Below are positions 1 through 8,675 of a DNA stretch of 64,000 bases, in pieces. The position numbers and the translations under genes were made by a program. The stretch is from contig CAYIYZ010000005.1 of assembly GCA_964367935.1 (NCBI GenBank), forward strand, positions 77,215 through 141,214, in the 5' to 3' direction. This DNA comes from an uncultured Oscillospiraceae bacterium. GTDB taxonomy: Bacteria; Bacillota; Clostridia; Oscillospirales; Oscillospiraceae. The notes beneath the pieces were generated by a model, which was not told where the DNA came from, ran no database searches, and saw nothing but the letters and a program-made list of their open reading frames with translations. How positions within the stretch are numbered: the first letter of the stretch is position 1; every line of letters begins with the position of its first letter.

Positions 1-804
1 CTCATTAGCATGACTTATAACTTAGGCGTTGAGTGGATGAACAGCGGATACAGTCTCTACAACATGCTGAGAGCCGGCATACATTATTACAGTGACGAAG
101 ATATAATAAGCACCTTCGGTGGTTATAATACCTCTTTAGGAGAGGTATTGGAAATTTTGGTACAGCGTCGGCTTACCGAGGCGAAGATTTTTCTATATTC
201 CGACTATCATACCGGCGGTTCACCCAAATATGATTACATACTCGATCCCATCCCTGACGAGGACGGTGACCTACACTACTTAGAACGTGTGGAAGCAGAG
301 TATACTGATGGTAAATACACAGATCTAATGTACTGGGATTGGTACTACCCCTACGTATCGCCCCTGACAATAACAGGTGTAATAGACGGCTATGAGGACG
401 GAAGCTTCAGAGGTGACGGTACTGTCACTTACGGTGAGTCCTTGAAAATGATTTTAGAGGCTGTTGGCTACGAAGGGGCTACTCCCACCGGCACACATTG
501 GGCAAGTGGATATTACATGGTAGCGCTGAACGAAGGTTTTGTTACTATCGCAGACGGCACAGATTTAGATGCTGCTGTTGACCGTGAATTCTGCGCCGAA
601 CTACTCGCTAAATGCTTAGGAGTTGCGCCTAATTACTTATCGGATTCACCATTTAGTGATACCGATAACCCCTACATAATCGCTCTATATGAGCTTGGCA
701 TGGTCGAGGGCGAACTGTCCGACAACGGTGACCGTATTTACAGACCTTCAAGCTCACTCACACGTGGCGAGCTCTGCACTTTGATCTATAGGCTCACTTA
801 TTAA
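1..804 (+). CDS. Cell-wall-associated protein, C-terminal part (lysozyme-like segment plus SLH-type repeats); 5' end is outside the window
   Basis: The frame is open from nt 1, before the first ATG at 10. LGVEWMNSGYSLYNMLRAG...VQRRLTEAKIF resembles the C-terminal helices of phage-type (GH24-like) lysozymes. SLH-like repeats follow (VIDGYEDGSFRGDGTVTYGESLKMIL; FSDTDNPYIIALYELGMVEG...LTRGELCTLIYRL). Confidence 0.55.
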   Translation, partial: LISMTYNLGVEWMNSGYSLYNMLRAGIHYYSDEDIISTFGGYNTSLGEVLEILVQRRLTEAKIFLYSDYHTGGSPKYDYILDPIPDEDGDLHYLERVEAEYTDGKYTDLMYWDWYYPYVSPLTITGVIDGYEDGSFRGDGTVTYGESLKMILEAVGYEGATPTGTHWASGYYMVALNEGFVTIADGTDLDAAVDREFCAELLAKCLGVAPNYLSDSPFSDTDNPYIIALYELGMVEGELSDNGDRIYRPSSSLTRGELCTLIYRLTY

Positions 805-846
805 ACCGTCTATTTTCTAGTTTACATAATTATAAAGGGAGGTACA

Positions 847-1779
847 GTGGTGATAAAGAATAAAGTAATAATAGCAGGTGCCGGTACTATGGGCGCCTCG
901 CTTTCCCAAGTTTATGCTCTTGCAGGCTGGAACACTGTTTTACACAACAGAAGTGAAGATGGCCTAAAGAGAGCCGAGGCACTCATCGCATTGAATCAAG
1001 AGACACTTATTAAAGAGGGTTTCCTTACCGAGGAGCAGTCTCGCAGAGCTATGTCATGCATAAGCATGACTACAGACAAAGCTTGCTACGCAGACTGCGC
1101 ACTTGTACTTGAAAACATCGCCGAGAACAAAGACATCAAGGATACTTTTTGGTATGAAATTTCACGACTTGTACCCAACACCGCTATACTTTGCACGAAC
1201 ACCTCAGCTTTACCTATAAGTGAGCTCGCTCTTTCAGTGCATTTGCCTGAACGCTTTTTAGGGCAACACTGGCTTAATCCGCCGCATATCATACCTTTAT
1301 GCGAGATTATTCTCGGTGAAAAGACTGCTCCCGAGCTTGCCGAGCGTATGCGTGAGATAATCTTGGGCTTGGGTAAGAAGCCTGTAGTAATAAAGGACGT
1401 GCCTGGTTTTGCCGTCAACCGCTTACAGTTTGCGCTCATGCGTGAGGCACTGCATCTCGTAGAGAGTGGTGTTACCGGCGTCGAGGACATTGATTCTGTG
1501 CTCAAATACGGTCTTGCCCCTCGATGGGCAGCACTGGGAGCTTTCGGAACGGCTGACTTTGGAGGTGTCGATGTTTTCGCCAAAGTTAATGCATACCTCA
1601 ATACAAAACTCTGCAATGACACCGAACCCAGTGCACTTTTCACTGACACCGTTGCTGAAGGTAAATATGGTGTTAAAAACGGTGCCGGCTTCTACGATTA
1701 CTCCGGTGACAAAGCTACAGAAGCTATAAAAAAGCGTGACGAAGTTATCATGGCGCTTGCAAAACTCTTGTTTACATAA
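847..1779 (+). CDS. 3-hydroxyacyl-CoA (3-hydroxybutyryl-CoA) dehydrogenase family protein
   Basis: Rossmann motif IIAGAGTMGASLSQVYALAGW at the N-terminus, with length and C-terminal domain typical of the HADH family. RBS AAGGGAGG at 835-842. GTG at 847 or 850 could be the start. Confidence 0.8.
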   Translation: MVIKNKVIIAGAGTMGASLSQVYALAGWNTVLHNRSEDGLKRAEALIALNQETLIKEGFLTEEQSRRAMSCISMTTDKACYADCALVLENIAENKDIKDTFWYEISRLVPNTAILCTNTSALPISELALSVHLPERFLGQHWLNPPHIIPLCEIILGEKTAPELAERMREIILGLGKKPVVIKDVPGFAVNRLQFALMREALHLVESGVTGVEDIDSVLKYGLAPRWAALGAFGTADFGGVDVFAKVNAYLNTKLCNDTEPSALFTDTVAEGKYGVKNGAGFYDYSGDKATEAIKKRDEVIMALAKLLFT

Positions 1780-1795
1780 TATTTCGAGCTATAAT

Positions 1796-1836
1796 AAAGC
1801 ACAACTGCTTTGCAGTTGTGCTTTATTTTCTTTTTG
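1796..1836. terminator. Bidirectional intrinsic terminator
   Basis: 13-bp perfect stem AAAGCACAACTGC/GCAGTTGTGCTTT with loop TTT, followed by ATTTTCTTTTT. A-rich on the other side. It sits between convergent genes. Confidence 0.8.
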
Positions 1837-1930
1837 TGAGTTTTGGGTGGGGCTCCGCCCCAAGCTCCCGCAACTTTTTAAAAAAAGTTGATTAAAACTT
1901 TTAGAGCATTTCGCCGTCTGCGAAGGCCGG
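1837..1930. repeat. GC-rich multi-palindromic intergenic element
   Basis: GGGGCtccGCCCC and CAACTTTTTaaAAAAAGTTG hairpins lie between the terminator and the stop of the minus-strand gene. No coding potential. Confidence 0.4.
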
Positions 1931-3127
1931 TCACGTAATTTTCCTGCACTCCAAATAATAACGCTTGTCCTGCGCCTGTCCTATAGAAAAACTCTTCTTC
2001 GGAAACGGACCGCTCTTCTCCACTGAGCTAAACAGCGCAGACTTCTCAATCGGCGGTAAGAGTATTGCTCCACTACCTGTTTTTTTGCCCATGCTCTCAG
2101 CAGTGTCATCACCGTGTATATAGTCTATCTCACCGCCTTGCTTTGCAGTATACGCCACACAAAACTCATCGACCTTATCAACAAGCTCACCTATAGTGCA
2201 TCCATCTACATAAATGCTCTTCTCGCCATCAGCACTGAAAATTTTCAGTTCATGTCCGATCTTACTCTCACTAAAAAATTCTCCGACACTGTCTATGAAG
2301 TTTGCAGCTTCACTGTCAAACACCAGTCGATGTATAGGCTCTATCTCCACTGCTTCATCGTATATATTCACAAGCTCAACAAGTGCCCTTCCGGCAGGGT
2401 GAATCTCACGCTCTTTCTCGCTTAATGTCGGCTTCAACTGCTCCCAGAAGCTCTTTGCAGCCGCAAGACTGTGATTGCCGTCGCCCATGGCATAGCATAT
2501 CTCACCTTCCATGCCGTCCAACTTTTCAAGTACAGCGTCTGCTGCCGTGCCTTGCACCAAACTGCCCTTTATCTTGCCGCCGCCCTGCATCAAAATAAAG
2601 TCGTATAACTCCTCACCGCCCGATGCCGAAGGGATTATCTCCATAGTCTTATCGTTTATAAACACCATTATATGCGGTATTTCAAGCTCTGCACCACGAC
2701 GCATTGCCACCCTCGTCGGTAGTCTACTCTCTATAGTGCCTTCTGTCGCTCTTACCGCCGCCTTTGTGCCTTCCGCCCAATCATAGCTATCCAAGTCTAT
2801 CGTACCTATAAGTCCCCTGCGCACCTTGCCACTAGCTAAAGTGCGCTCTATATATACAAGGCTGTCTTTGTAGCTCTCAAATAACTCGCCCGAAACATAG
2901 CGTTCCATGCTCTTATATATTTCTTTTGCACTTTCTGTCTCGTCACGCTTTCCTATATACGCCTCGGGAAATATCATATTAAGTGTAGACGGAGCTTCAC
3001 CCACAAGTTCCACTGCCTTCGCCCAATATTCAGGCTCGCTTGTGAACTGATCACATGCTATAACACTCCACTTTTCCATATCCACTTTTTTAGGTATCAG
3101 TATCTCCGCTTTATTGAACACTCTCAT
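1931..3127 (-). CDS. DUF1015-like protein
   Basis: 398-aa ORF. The N-terminal motif KWSVIACDQFTSEPEYW is one I associate with Firmicute DUF1015 proteins. Its start directly abuts the stop of the upstream gene (3128). Confidence 0.5.
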   Translation of the reverse strand: MRVFNKAEILIPKKVDMEKWSVIACDQFTSEPEYWAKAVELVGEAPSTLNMIFPEAYIGKRDETESAKEIYKSMERYVSGELFESYKDSLVYIERTLASGKVRRGLIGTIDLDSYDWAEGTKAAVRATEGTIESRLPTRVAMRRGAELEIPHIMVFINDKTMEIIPSASGGEELYDFILMQGGGKIKGSLVQGTAADAVLEKLDGMEGEICYAMGDGNHSLAAAKSFWEQLKPTLSEKEREIHPAGRALVELVNIYDEAVEIEPIHRLVFDSEAANFIDSVGEFFSESKIGHELKIFSADGEKSIYVDGCTIGELVDKVDEFCVAYTAKQGGEIDYIHGDDTAESMGKKTGSGAILLPPIEKSALFSSVEKSGPFPKKSFSIGQAQDKRYYLECRKIT

Positions 3128-3703
3128 TTATAACGCCTCCATTACTATTTGCGACCATGTTTCCATGTCGTTTTTCAACTTTTCCAGCTCTGCTCCACTC
3201 AGCCATGCACCCTCTAATTTTTCCGTCTCACGCACACTGACCTCGCCTTCCACATCCATTATAAACATGAATCCTAAATGTACAGCACCAACCTCGTTGC
3301 TGTCATCATTTATCACGCCGCATGCCTCAAGCTTTAGCTCTCGCTCTATCTTAAATTCTTCATTTACCTCACGGCGTAAGCCGCTCATCAAAGCATCGCC
3401 TGCATCGTCCGGAGGATTTATATGCCCGCCTGCCCCTAAAGATATCTTGCCGTGCAAGCGTGCTTCACCGCCCTTATTTAATCTTCGTGTGTAAAAGTAC
3501 TCACTCCCACCCCTACGCAGTACCACATAAGGGATTATCTGCTTATACATAGGGTCAAGTTCTGCTTTATCCCTGTCCATAAACTCATGCTCCGTCTGCA
3601 CGATCTTCAAAATTTCCGTATAACCTGCTCTTATAAGTCCCGTCTTACCATCTATATATTTAGATAGCTTACTGCGTTCCACCACCAAAATACTCTCCGC
3701 CAT
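3128..3703 (-). CDS. YmaB-like NUDIX-fold protein
   Basis: The Nudix-box-like stretch is GAGGHINPPDDAGDALMSGLRREVNEEF. It has REVxEE, but the upstream Glu appears replaced by Asp. Overall layout resembles B. subtilis YmaB-type proteins. Confidence 0.55.
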   Translation of the reverse strand: MAESILVVERSKLSKYIDGKTGLIRAGYTEILKIVQTEHEFMDRDKAELDPMYKQIIPYVVLRRGGSEYFYTRRLNKGGEARLHGKISLGAGGHINPPDDAGDALMSGLRREVNEEFKIERELKLEACGVINDDSNEVGAVHLGFMFIMDVEGEVSVRETEKLEGAWLSGAELEKLKNDMETWSQIVMEAL

Positions 3704-3704
3704 T

Positions 3705-5213
3705 TTAACTCTCCACTTCCCATTTTTCAGATCTCTGTACTGCTCTCAGCCAATTTTTATAGTATCCGTCTGCCTTATCCTCGGCCATTTTCGGCATAAA
3801 CACTCGTTCAGAGCTTCTGAGACTTTTAAGCTGTGACACATCCGTCCATAAACCTGCCGACATTCCTGCCAAAAAAGCAGCTCCAAATGCCGTTGTCTCC
3901 ACCATCTGCGGTCTATCTATAGGTCGACGCAGTATATCTGACTGAAACTGCATCAAAAAGTCACTCACCGACGCACCGCCATCAACTCTCAGAACCGACA
4001 AGGCACTGCCCGAATCCTGCTCCATCACATCAAGTAAATCCTTTACCTGATACGCTATGCCCTCCATGACCGCCCTCGCTATATGTGCCCTCGAGCTGCC
4101 TCGAGTCAGCCCCACCATCGTACCTCTTGCATACATGTCCCATCGTGGTGCACCCAGTCCCGTAAACGCCGAAACCATATACACGCCGCCGTTATCCACC
4201 ACAGATTCCGCTAAGTACCCACATTCTGCAGATGACGATATGAGTTTTAACTCGTCCCTTAGCCACACTATTGCACTGCCCGCATTAAAAACAGAGCCCT
4301 CCAAGGCATACACCGTTTCACCATTAAGTGACCATGCCACACTCGTCAAAAGTCCCGACACACTGCGCACACTGTCCGTACCCGTATTCATAAGCGCAAA
4401 GCAACCCGTACCATAGGTATTTTTTGCCTCACCCTTCTCTATACACGCCTGCCCTAGAAGAGCCGCCGCCTGATCACCCGCACTTCCACACACAGCCACG
4501 CCCTCTAGGTCCTCTATGCCCTTTATCCCTTTCGCCACTTTTCCGTACACACATGAGGACGCCACAGGACGCGGTAACATGCTCATAGGTATATTCAGGA
4601 CTCTACACAGCTCTTTATCCCACTTCAAGGCATCTATATCGAACAACATCGTTCGTGAGGCATTCGAATAGTCCGAAACATGCGCCTCACCACCCGTTAA
4701 GTTCCATATAAGCCACGTATCTACCGTACCAAAAAGTAAATCACCACGCTCCGCACGCTCTCGCACGCCCTCAACATTGTCGAGTATCCATCTTAGCTTC
4801 GTGCCCGAGAAATAAGCATCAAGCAAAAGTCCTGTTTTATCTCGTATGTACGCGCCGGCACCCTCAGCCGTAAGCCTGTCACACATCTGTGCCGTGCGCC
4901 TACACTGCCACACTATGGCATTATACACAGGCTCTCCGGTATGCCTGTCCCACACTATAGTAGTCTCACGCTGATTCGTTATACCTATGCCGACTATTTC
5001 GCTCGCCTTTATGCCACTCTTTCTATACGCATCACTCATAGCATATAACTGCGAATTCAATATCTCCCTCGGGTCATGCTCCACCCAGCCCGGCTTAGGA
5101 TACACTTGAGCAAATTCTCGCTGTGAAACTGATATCACAGCTCCGTTTGCATCGAATATTATCGCCCTTGAACTCGTCGTGCCTTGATCTAAAGCTATTA
5201 CATATGCTGACAT
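3705..5213 (-). CDS. glpK: Glycerol kinase
   Basis: 502 aa with the FGGY-kinase N-terminus YVIALDQGTTSSRAIIFD and conserved GlpK blocks throughout (GITNQRETTIVWD, FGTVDTWLIWNLTGG). Confidence 0.95.
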   Translation of the reverse strand: MSAYVIALDQGTTSSRAIIFDANGAVISVSQREFAQVYPKPGWVEHDPREILNSQLYAMSDAYRKSGIKASEIVGIGITNQRETTIVWDRHTGEPVYNAIVWQCRRTAQMCDRLTAEGAGAYIRDKTGLLLDAYFSGTKLRWILDNVEGVRERAERGDLLFGTVDTWLIWNLTGGEAHVSDYSNASRTMLFDIDALKWDKELCRVLNIPMSMLPRPVASSCVYGKVAKGIKGIEDLEGVAVCGSAGDQAAALLGQACIEKGEAKNTYGTGCFALMNTGTDSVRSVSGLLTSVAWSLNGETVYALEGSVFNAGSAIVWLRDELKLISSSAECGYLAESVVDNGGVYMVSAFTGLGAPRWDMYARGTMVGLTRGSSRAHIARAVMEGIAYQVKDLLDVMEQDSGSALSVLRVDGGASVSDFLMQFQSDILRRPIDRPQMVETTAFGAAFLAGMSAGLWTDVSQLKSLRSSERVFMPKMAEDKADGYYKNWLRAVQRSEKWEVES

Positions 5214-5296
5214 ATTTCACACCTCTCATTGACTGAATTGTGATTTAGGTTTATTATAATACCAAACCATTGTATCATATCTCGGAGGAAATTAAA

Positions 5297-6226
5297 ATGT
5301 TTAAAACCGATCAATTTACATTTCGTGCACACAATGACGAATGCGACATATTTGTTAGACGCTACATTCCTGACTCTGAGCCCCGTGCCGTGCTCCAAAT
5401 TGCGCACGGTATTGTTGAACACTCCGCTCGCTACAACGAATTTGCATCCTTTCTCGCAGAACATGGATTTGTCGTCATTATTAATGATCACAGAGGTCAC
5501 GGCGGTAGCATTAATTCCGGCATCTCACGTGGTGTGTTCTCGACATCCGACGGCTGGCGCAAGGTAGTTGCTGACCTTGAAAAACTGAGAGCTATGACTT
5601 ATGAGGAATTTCCACTGCCCTACTTCATTCTGGGGCACTCTATGGGCAGTTTTCTAACCCGCTCACATATGATATTATACCCCAAAGTCGAGTTTGACGG
5701 AATTATTCTCTCCGGCACAGGCCACACTCCACTCACCGTCGCTCGCAGTGCCTCCGTACTTTCATCCCTTATCGCCAAAAGTAAAGGTCATGACTACCCC
5801 AGTCGATTTCTCGAAAACCTCGCCTTCGGCAGCTATAACAAAAAGGTCGAAAACCCTCAAACAAGCTTCGACTGGCTTTCACGTGATAGCGAACGTGTTT
5901 TGGATTATGTTAACGATGACCTCTGCGGTTTCTGTCCTTCAGTTTCGACTTTCTACGACCTCATGCAAGGCCTAATCCTAATAGGTCAGCAAAAAAGTTA
6001 CGCAAATATAAACAAAAAAACGCCCATCTACATGATGAGCGGCACCCTCGACCCTGTAGGCGGCTACAGCACAGGTGTAGAGAAAGTCTACTCCATGCTC
6101 AAAAATAGCGGTGTAGAAAGTATATTATGTAAACTCTACTCGGGAGCCCGTCACGAGCTACTAAACGAGACTAACCGTTCCGAGGTCTACAACGATTTAC
6201 TCAAGTGGTTAGAGCTGAACATATAA
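5297..6226 (+). CDS. Alpha/beta hydrolase (lysophospholipase / monoacylglycerol-lipase-like)
   Basis: Nucleophile elbow GHSMGS and an HG oxyanion region (IAHGIVEHSARY). The start is moved to ATG 5297 because GGAGG at 5284-5288 precedes it by 8 nt. The track start at 5270 has no RBS. Confidence 0.8.
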   Translation: MFKTDQFTFRAHNDECDIFVRRYIPDSEPRAVLQIAHGIVEHSARYNEFASFLAEHGFVVIINDHRGHGGSINSGISRGVFSTSDGWRKVVADLEKLRAMTYEEFPLPYFILGHSMGSFLTRSHMILYPKVEFDGIILSGTGHTPLTVARSASVLSSLIAKSKGHDYPSRFLENLAFGSYNKKVENPQTSFDWLSRDSERVLDYVNDDLCGFCPSVSTFYDLMQGLILIGQQKSYANINKKTPIYMMSGTLDPVGGYSTGVEKVYSMLKNSGVESILCKLYSGARHELLNETNRSEVYNDLLKWLELNI

Positions 6227-6231
6227 AATAA

Positions 6232-6265
6232 AAGACGCTTACGATATTATCGTAAACGTCTTATG
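6232..6265. terminator. Bidirectional hairpin terminator between convergent genes
   Basis: AAGACGCTTACGATAttATCGTAAACGTCTT (one C.A mismatch), flanked by an A-run and TTAT. Confidence 0.6.
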
Positions 6266-6278
6266 TCTATATTTACAT

Positions 6279-6800
6279 TCATTCCGATACGCATCTCTCA
6301 ATGCGTTCTCTGACCATTTCCTCTGCTTCTTCCTTCTCAACTCCAAGAGCGACTGAAAATTCTCCGTACAAGAGGTTCTCCACTCTACGCAAATAACGCA
6401 TGTCTATCTGTCCGAGTTTCTTTCTGTCACGCTCTGCACAAACCTTTTTCTTATGCAGTGACAAGGCAAGCTCAACAACTCTCGTAAACTCAGGTGAGCT
6501 CAATGCTTTATCATAGTAAGCGGCGAGTTGATTAAAATTTCTGTCGTGATACGGTAAAGCTTCCATCTCATTTATCTTCTCAATGATGTTCTGTGCTTCC
6601 GGTGCCGATATCACGCTTCGAATAAACATCTTCGTATCCACAGGTACCGTTATAGTGCCATCCTGATACAAAGGTTTAAGAACATAGAAGAGCCTCTCAT
6701 CTTCAATTTTCCCTGTTGATTTCATACACTTATCTACTACCTGGCACACTCCCGTGTTACCGTAAACAAGCATATCTCCTACTTCAAACTGTGTTTTCAT
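6279..6800 (-). CDS. CarD/CdnL-family transcriptional regulator
   Basis: The N-terminal FEVGDMLVYGNTGVCQVVD matches the CarD_CdnL_TRCF RNAP-interaction fold, and the size is about 170 aa. The start is set at ATG 6800, with GAGG 8 nt upstream, rather than the track start at 6839. Confidence 0.7.
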   Translation of the reverse strand: MKTQFEVGDMLVYGNTGVCQVVDKCMKSTGKIEDERLFYVLKPLYQDGTITVPVDTKMFIRSVISAPEAQNIIEKINEMEALPYHDRNFNQLAAYYDKALSSPEFTRVVELALSLHKKKVCAERDRKKLGQIDMRYLRRVENLLYGEFSVALGVEKEEAEEMVRERIERCVSE

Positions 6801-7148
6801 GATCGTTGCCTCATTATTGTACGCTAAACTTATGCTCATTGAATTTATCTACTCTCCCTCCGCCCAAATTATAACATATAATAATCAACTTTACCAGTCT
6901 TTTTTTAATTTTTTATTATTTTTTTTACTGCATTTTCTATGTTTTTTTGCAATTTACGTCATTTTTCGAGCAATACGCCATCGATTACACCACTTTCATG
7001 CTTTTTCGACCCTCAAACGGCACTCATTCCACTTTTGCGAGCTACCATTTTAAATTGTGCTATATTTTTGTATTTCTTCCAAAAATATTACAGTTTGTTT
7101 AATAATTGTATACTAAAAATAAAAAAATAACTTAGGAGATGATTTGAC

Positions 7149-8012
7149 ATGTCTAAAATCAGAACGAACAAGGACGCCATGCCACAAATTTCAGTGATGG
7201 GAAAAATTCATCACCCAACCACAAGGCCTAACTACTTTCGCCTTGACTCACAAGGCAAGGCGCATTGTGTGCCTGCTACCGGCGGTATCTGCTTTAACAT
7301 CGCTGCCGGTGACAGCGTCTACCGCTTCGAAGGCGATCACTTAGAGCCCGGTATCAGCCTAAAAAACGATACGCCCGAGGAAAATAACGCCATCATGGTC
7401 TATTCCTGCACAGGAAACAAGGCGGTCGTCGTGTCAGGAGACGCTAAGGGTGCTGTCGGCTACGTCCTCGGTGGTCATGGTGGCATAGAACACACCATTA
7501 TCGAGTTTTCCTACGAGGATAAGGAGCGTATGTGCATAGACGACAAAATCCAAATACGCGCCTGCGGTCAAGGCCTTAAAATCAACGACTTTGAGGACAG
7601 CGTTATCACCTGCGGCATAGACCCTGAGCTGCTCGACAGGCTTTGCATAGAGGAAAAAGACGGCGTTCTCGAAGTGCCCGTTGTCGCCACCGTGCCCGCT
7701 TATCTCATGGGTTCCGGCCTCGGTACACAGAATTCTCGTTCCGGTGATTACGACATCATGACCTGTGACAGAGATGCACTAAAGGAGCTCGGACTTGATA
7801 AGCTTCGTTTCGGCGACTTTGTGCTCATAGAAGATCACACGAACACCGTCGGCAGGGCTTACAAAAAGGGCGCATGCACTATGGGCATAATCGTTCATGG
7901 CGACAGCTACGTACACGGACACGGCCCCGGTGTTTCCTGCCTACTTACATCCGATATGCCATTGCTAAAGCCTGTCATTAACCCCGATGCTAATATCACT
8001 AACTATATGTGA
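7149..8012 (+). CDS. Conserved hypothetical protein (DUF4438-like)
   Basis: 287-aa ORF with good coding appearance. The N-terminus (TNKDAMPQISVMGKIHHPT) resembles what I recall of DUF4438. The family name is tentative. Confidence 0.45.
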   Translation: MSKIRTNKDAMPQISVMGKIHHPTTRPNYFRLDSQGKAHCVPATGGICFNIAAGDSVYRFEGDHLEPGISLKNDTPEENNAIMVYSCTGNKAVVVSGDAKGAVGYVLGGHGGIEHTIIEFSYEDKERMCIDDKIQIRACGQGLKINDFEDSVITCGIDPELLDRLCIEEKDGVLEVPVVATVPAYLMGSGLGTQNSRSGDYDIMTCDRDALKELGLDKLRFGDFVLIEDHTNTVGRAYKKGACTMGIIVHGDSYVHGHGPGVSCLLTSDMPLLKPVINPDANITNYM

Positions 8013-8025
8013 TTAATCTTGTTTG

Positions 8026-8054
8026 TTTCTTTTCCTTGATTAATACTTCATTTT
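8026..8054 (+). promoter_or_regulatory. Sigma-70-type promoter for the desulfoferrodoxin gene
   Basis: TTGATT (8026-8031), 17-nt spacer, TATAAT (8049-8054). Confidence 0.5.
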
Positions 8055-8114
8055 ATACTATAATCAAATTAGCTGAATATTTCGGCAAGTCAGAATAAAA
8101 AGGAGTGTAGAAAA

Positions 8115-8483
8115 ATGAAGTTTTCACAATGTTCCCACTGCGGCAATATGATAGGCTATGTTGAAGATGTCGGTGTGCCTCTCGTATGTTGCGGAGAGCC
8201 TATGAAAGAGCTTGTTCCCGGTGCTGTAGATGCTGCACAAGAAAAGCATGTCCCCGAGTTCAAGGTAGAGGGCAACAAAGTCATAGTTGAAGTGGGCAGT
8301 GTTGAGCACCCCATGACCCCCGAGCATTTTATCGGTTGGATAGCTATAGAGACCAAAGAGGGCAACCAAAGAAAGCTCTGCAAAGCTAAGCCTTATGCGG
8401 AATTTGCACTCTGTGAGGGTGACAGCTTAGTCGCCGTATACGCCTATTGCAACCTACACGGCCTTTGGGTAAATAAGGCTTAA
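8115..8483 (+). CDS. dfx: Desulfoferrodoxin (superoxide reductase)
   Basis: N-terminal desulforedoxin-like Cys cluster CSHCGNM...VCCGEPM. C-terminal SOR centre II ligands are EKHVP, HPMTPEH and CNLHGLW. RBS AAAGGAG. Confidence 0.85.
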   Translation: MKFSQCSHCGNMIGYVEDVGVPLVCCGEPMKELVPGAVDAAQEKHVPEFKVEGNKVIVEVGSVEHPMTPEHFIGWIAIETKEGNQRKLCKAKPYAEFALCEGDSLVAVYAYCNLHGLWVNKA

Positions 8484-8500
8484 ATTAACACTTAGATATT

Positions 8501-8539
8501 AAATCTCCCTGACAGTTTTGTCAGGGAGATTTAATTTTG
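8501..8539 (+). terminator. Intrinsic terminator
   Basis: AAATCTCCCTGACAgtttTGTCAGGGAGATTT followed by AATTTT. Confidence 0.7.
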
Positions 8540-8590
8540 CTGCAAAGCACATTTTTTCTTTGATTAGCTAAAAAACGACAGTTATATCTA

Positions 8591-8619
8591 TTGTAATCAT
8601 TTGTAACTACTGTTATAAT
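8591..8619 (+). promoter_or_regulatory. Sigma-70-type promoter for the surface-protein/sortase pair
   Basis: TTGTAA (8591-8596), 17-nt spacer, TATAAT (8614-8619). Confidence 0.5.
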
Positions 8620-8675
8620 TTACAAAAAGCAAAGTTTTTTCTATTTCTCGCAAATTTATTATGAGGAGAATTAAT

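Noticed and set aside
5198-5500. 100-aa minus-strand ORF overlapping the glpK start and the hydrolase gene
   Set aside because: It overlaps two well-supported genes and their divergent promoter, and there is no independent support.
6799-7130. Small plus-strand ORFs (84 and 63 aa) in the 350-bp AT-rich spacer upstream of the DUF4438-like gene
   Set aside because: This is a poly-T/AT-rich promoter region. The translations are Phe/Leu/Ile-rich with no RBS. I also saw no recognisable riboswitch or T-box here.
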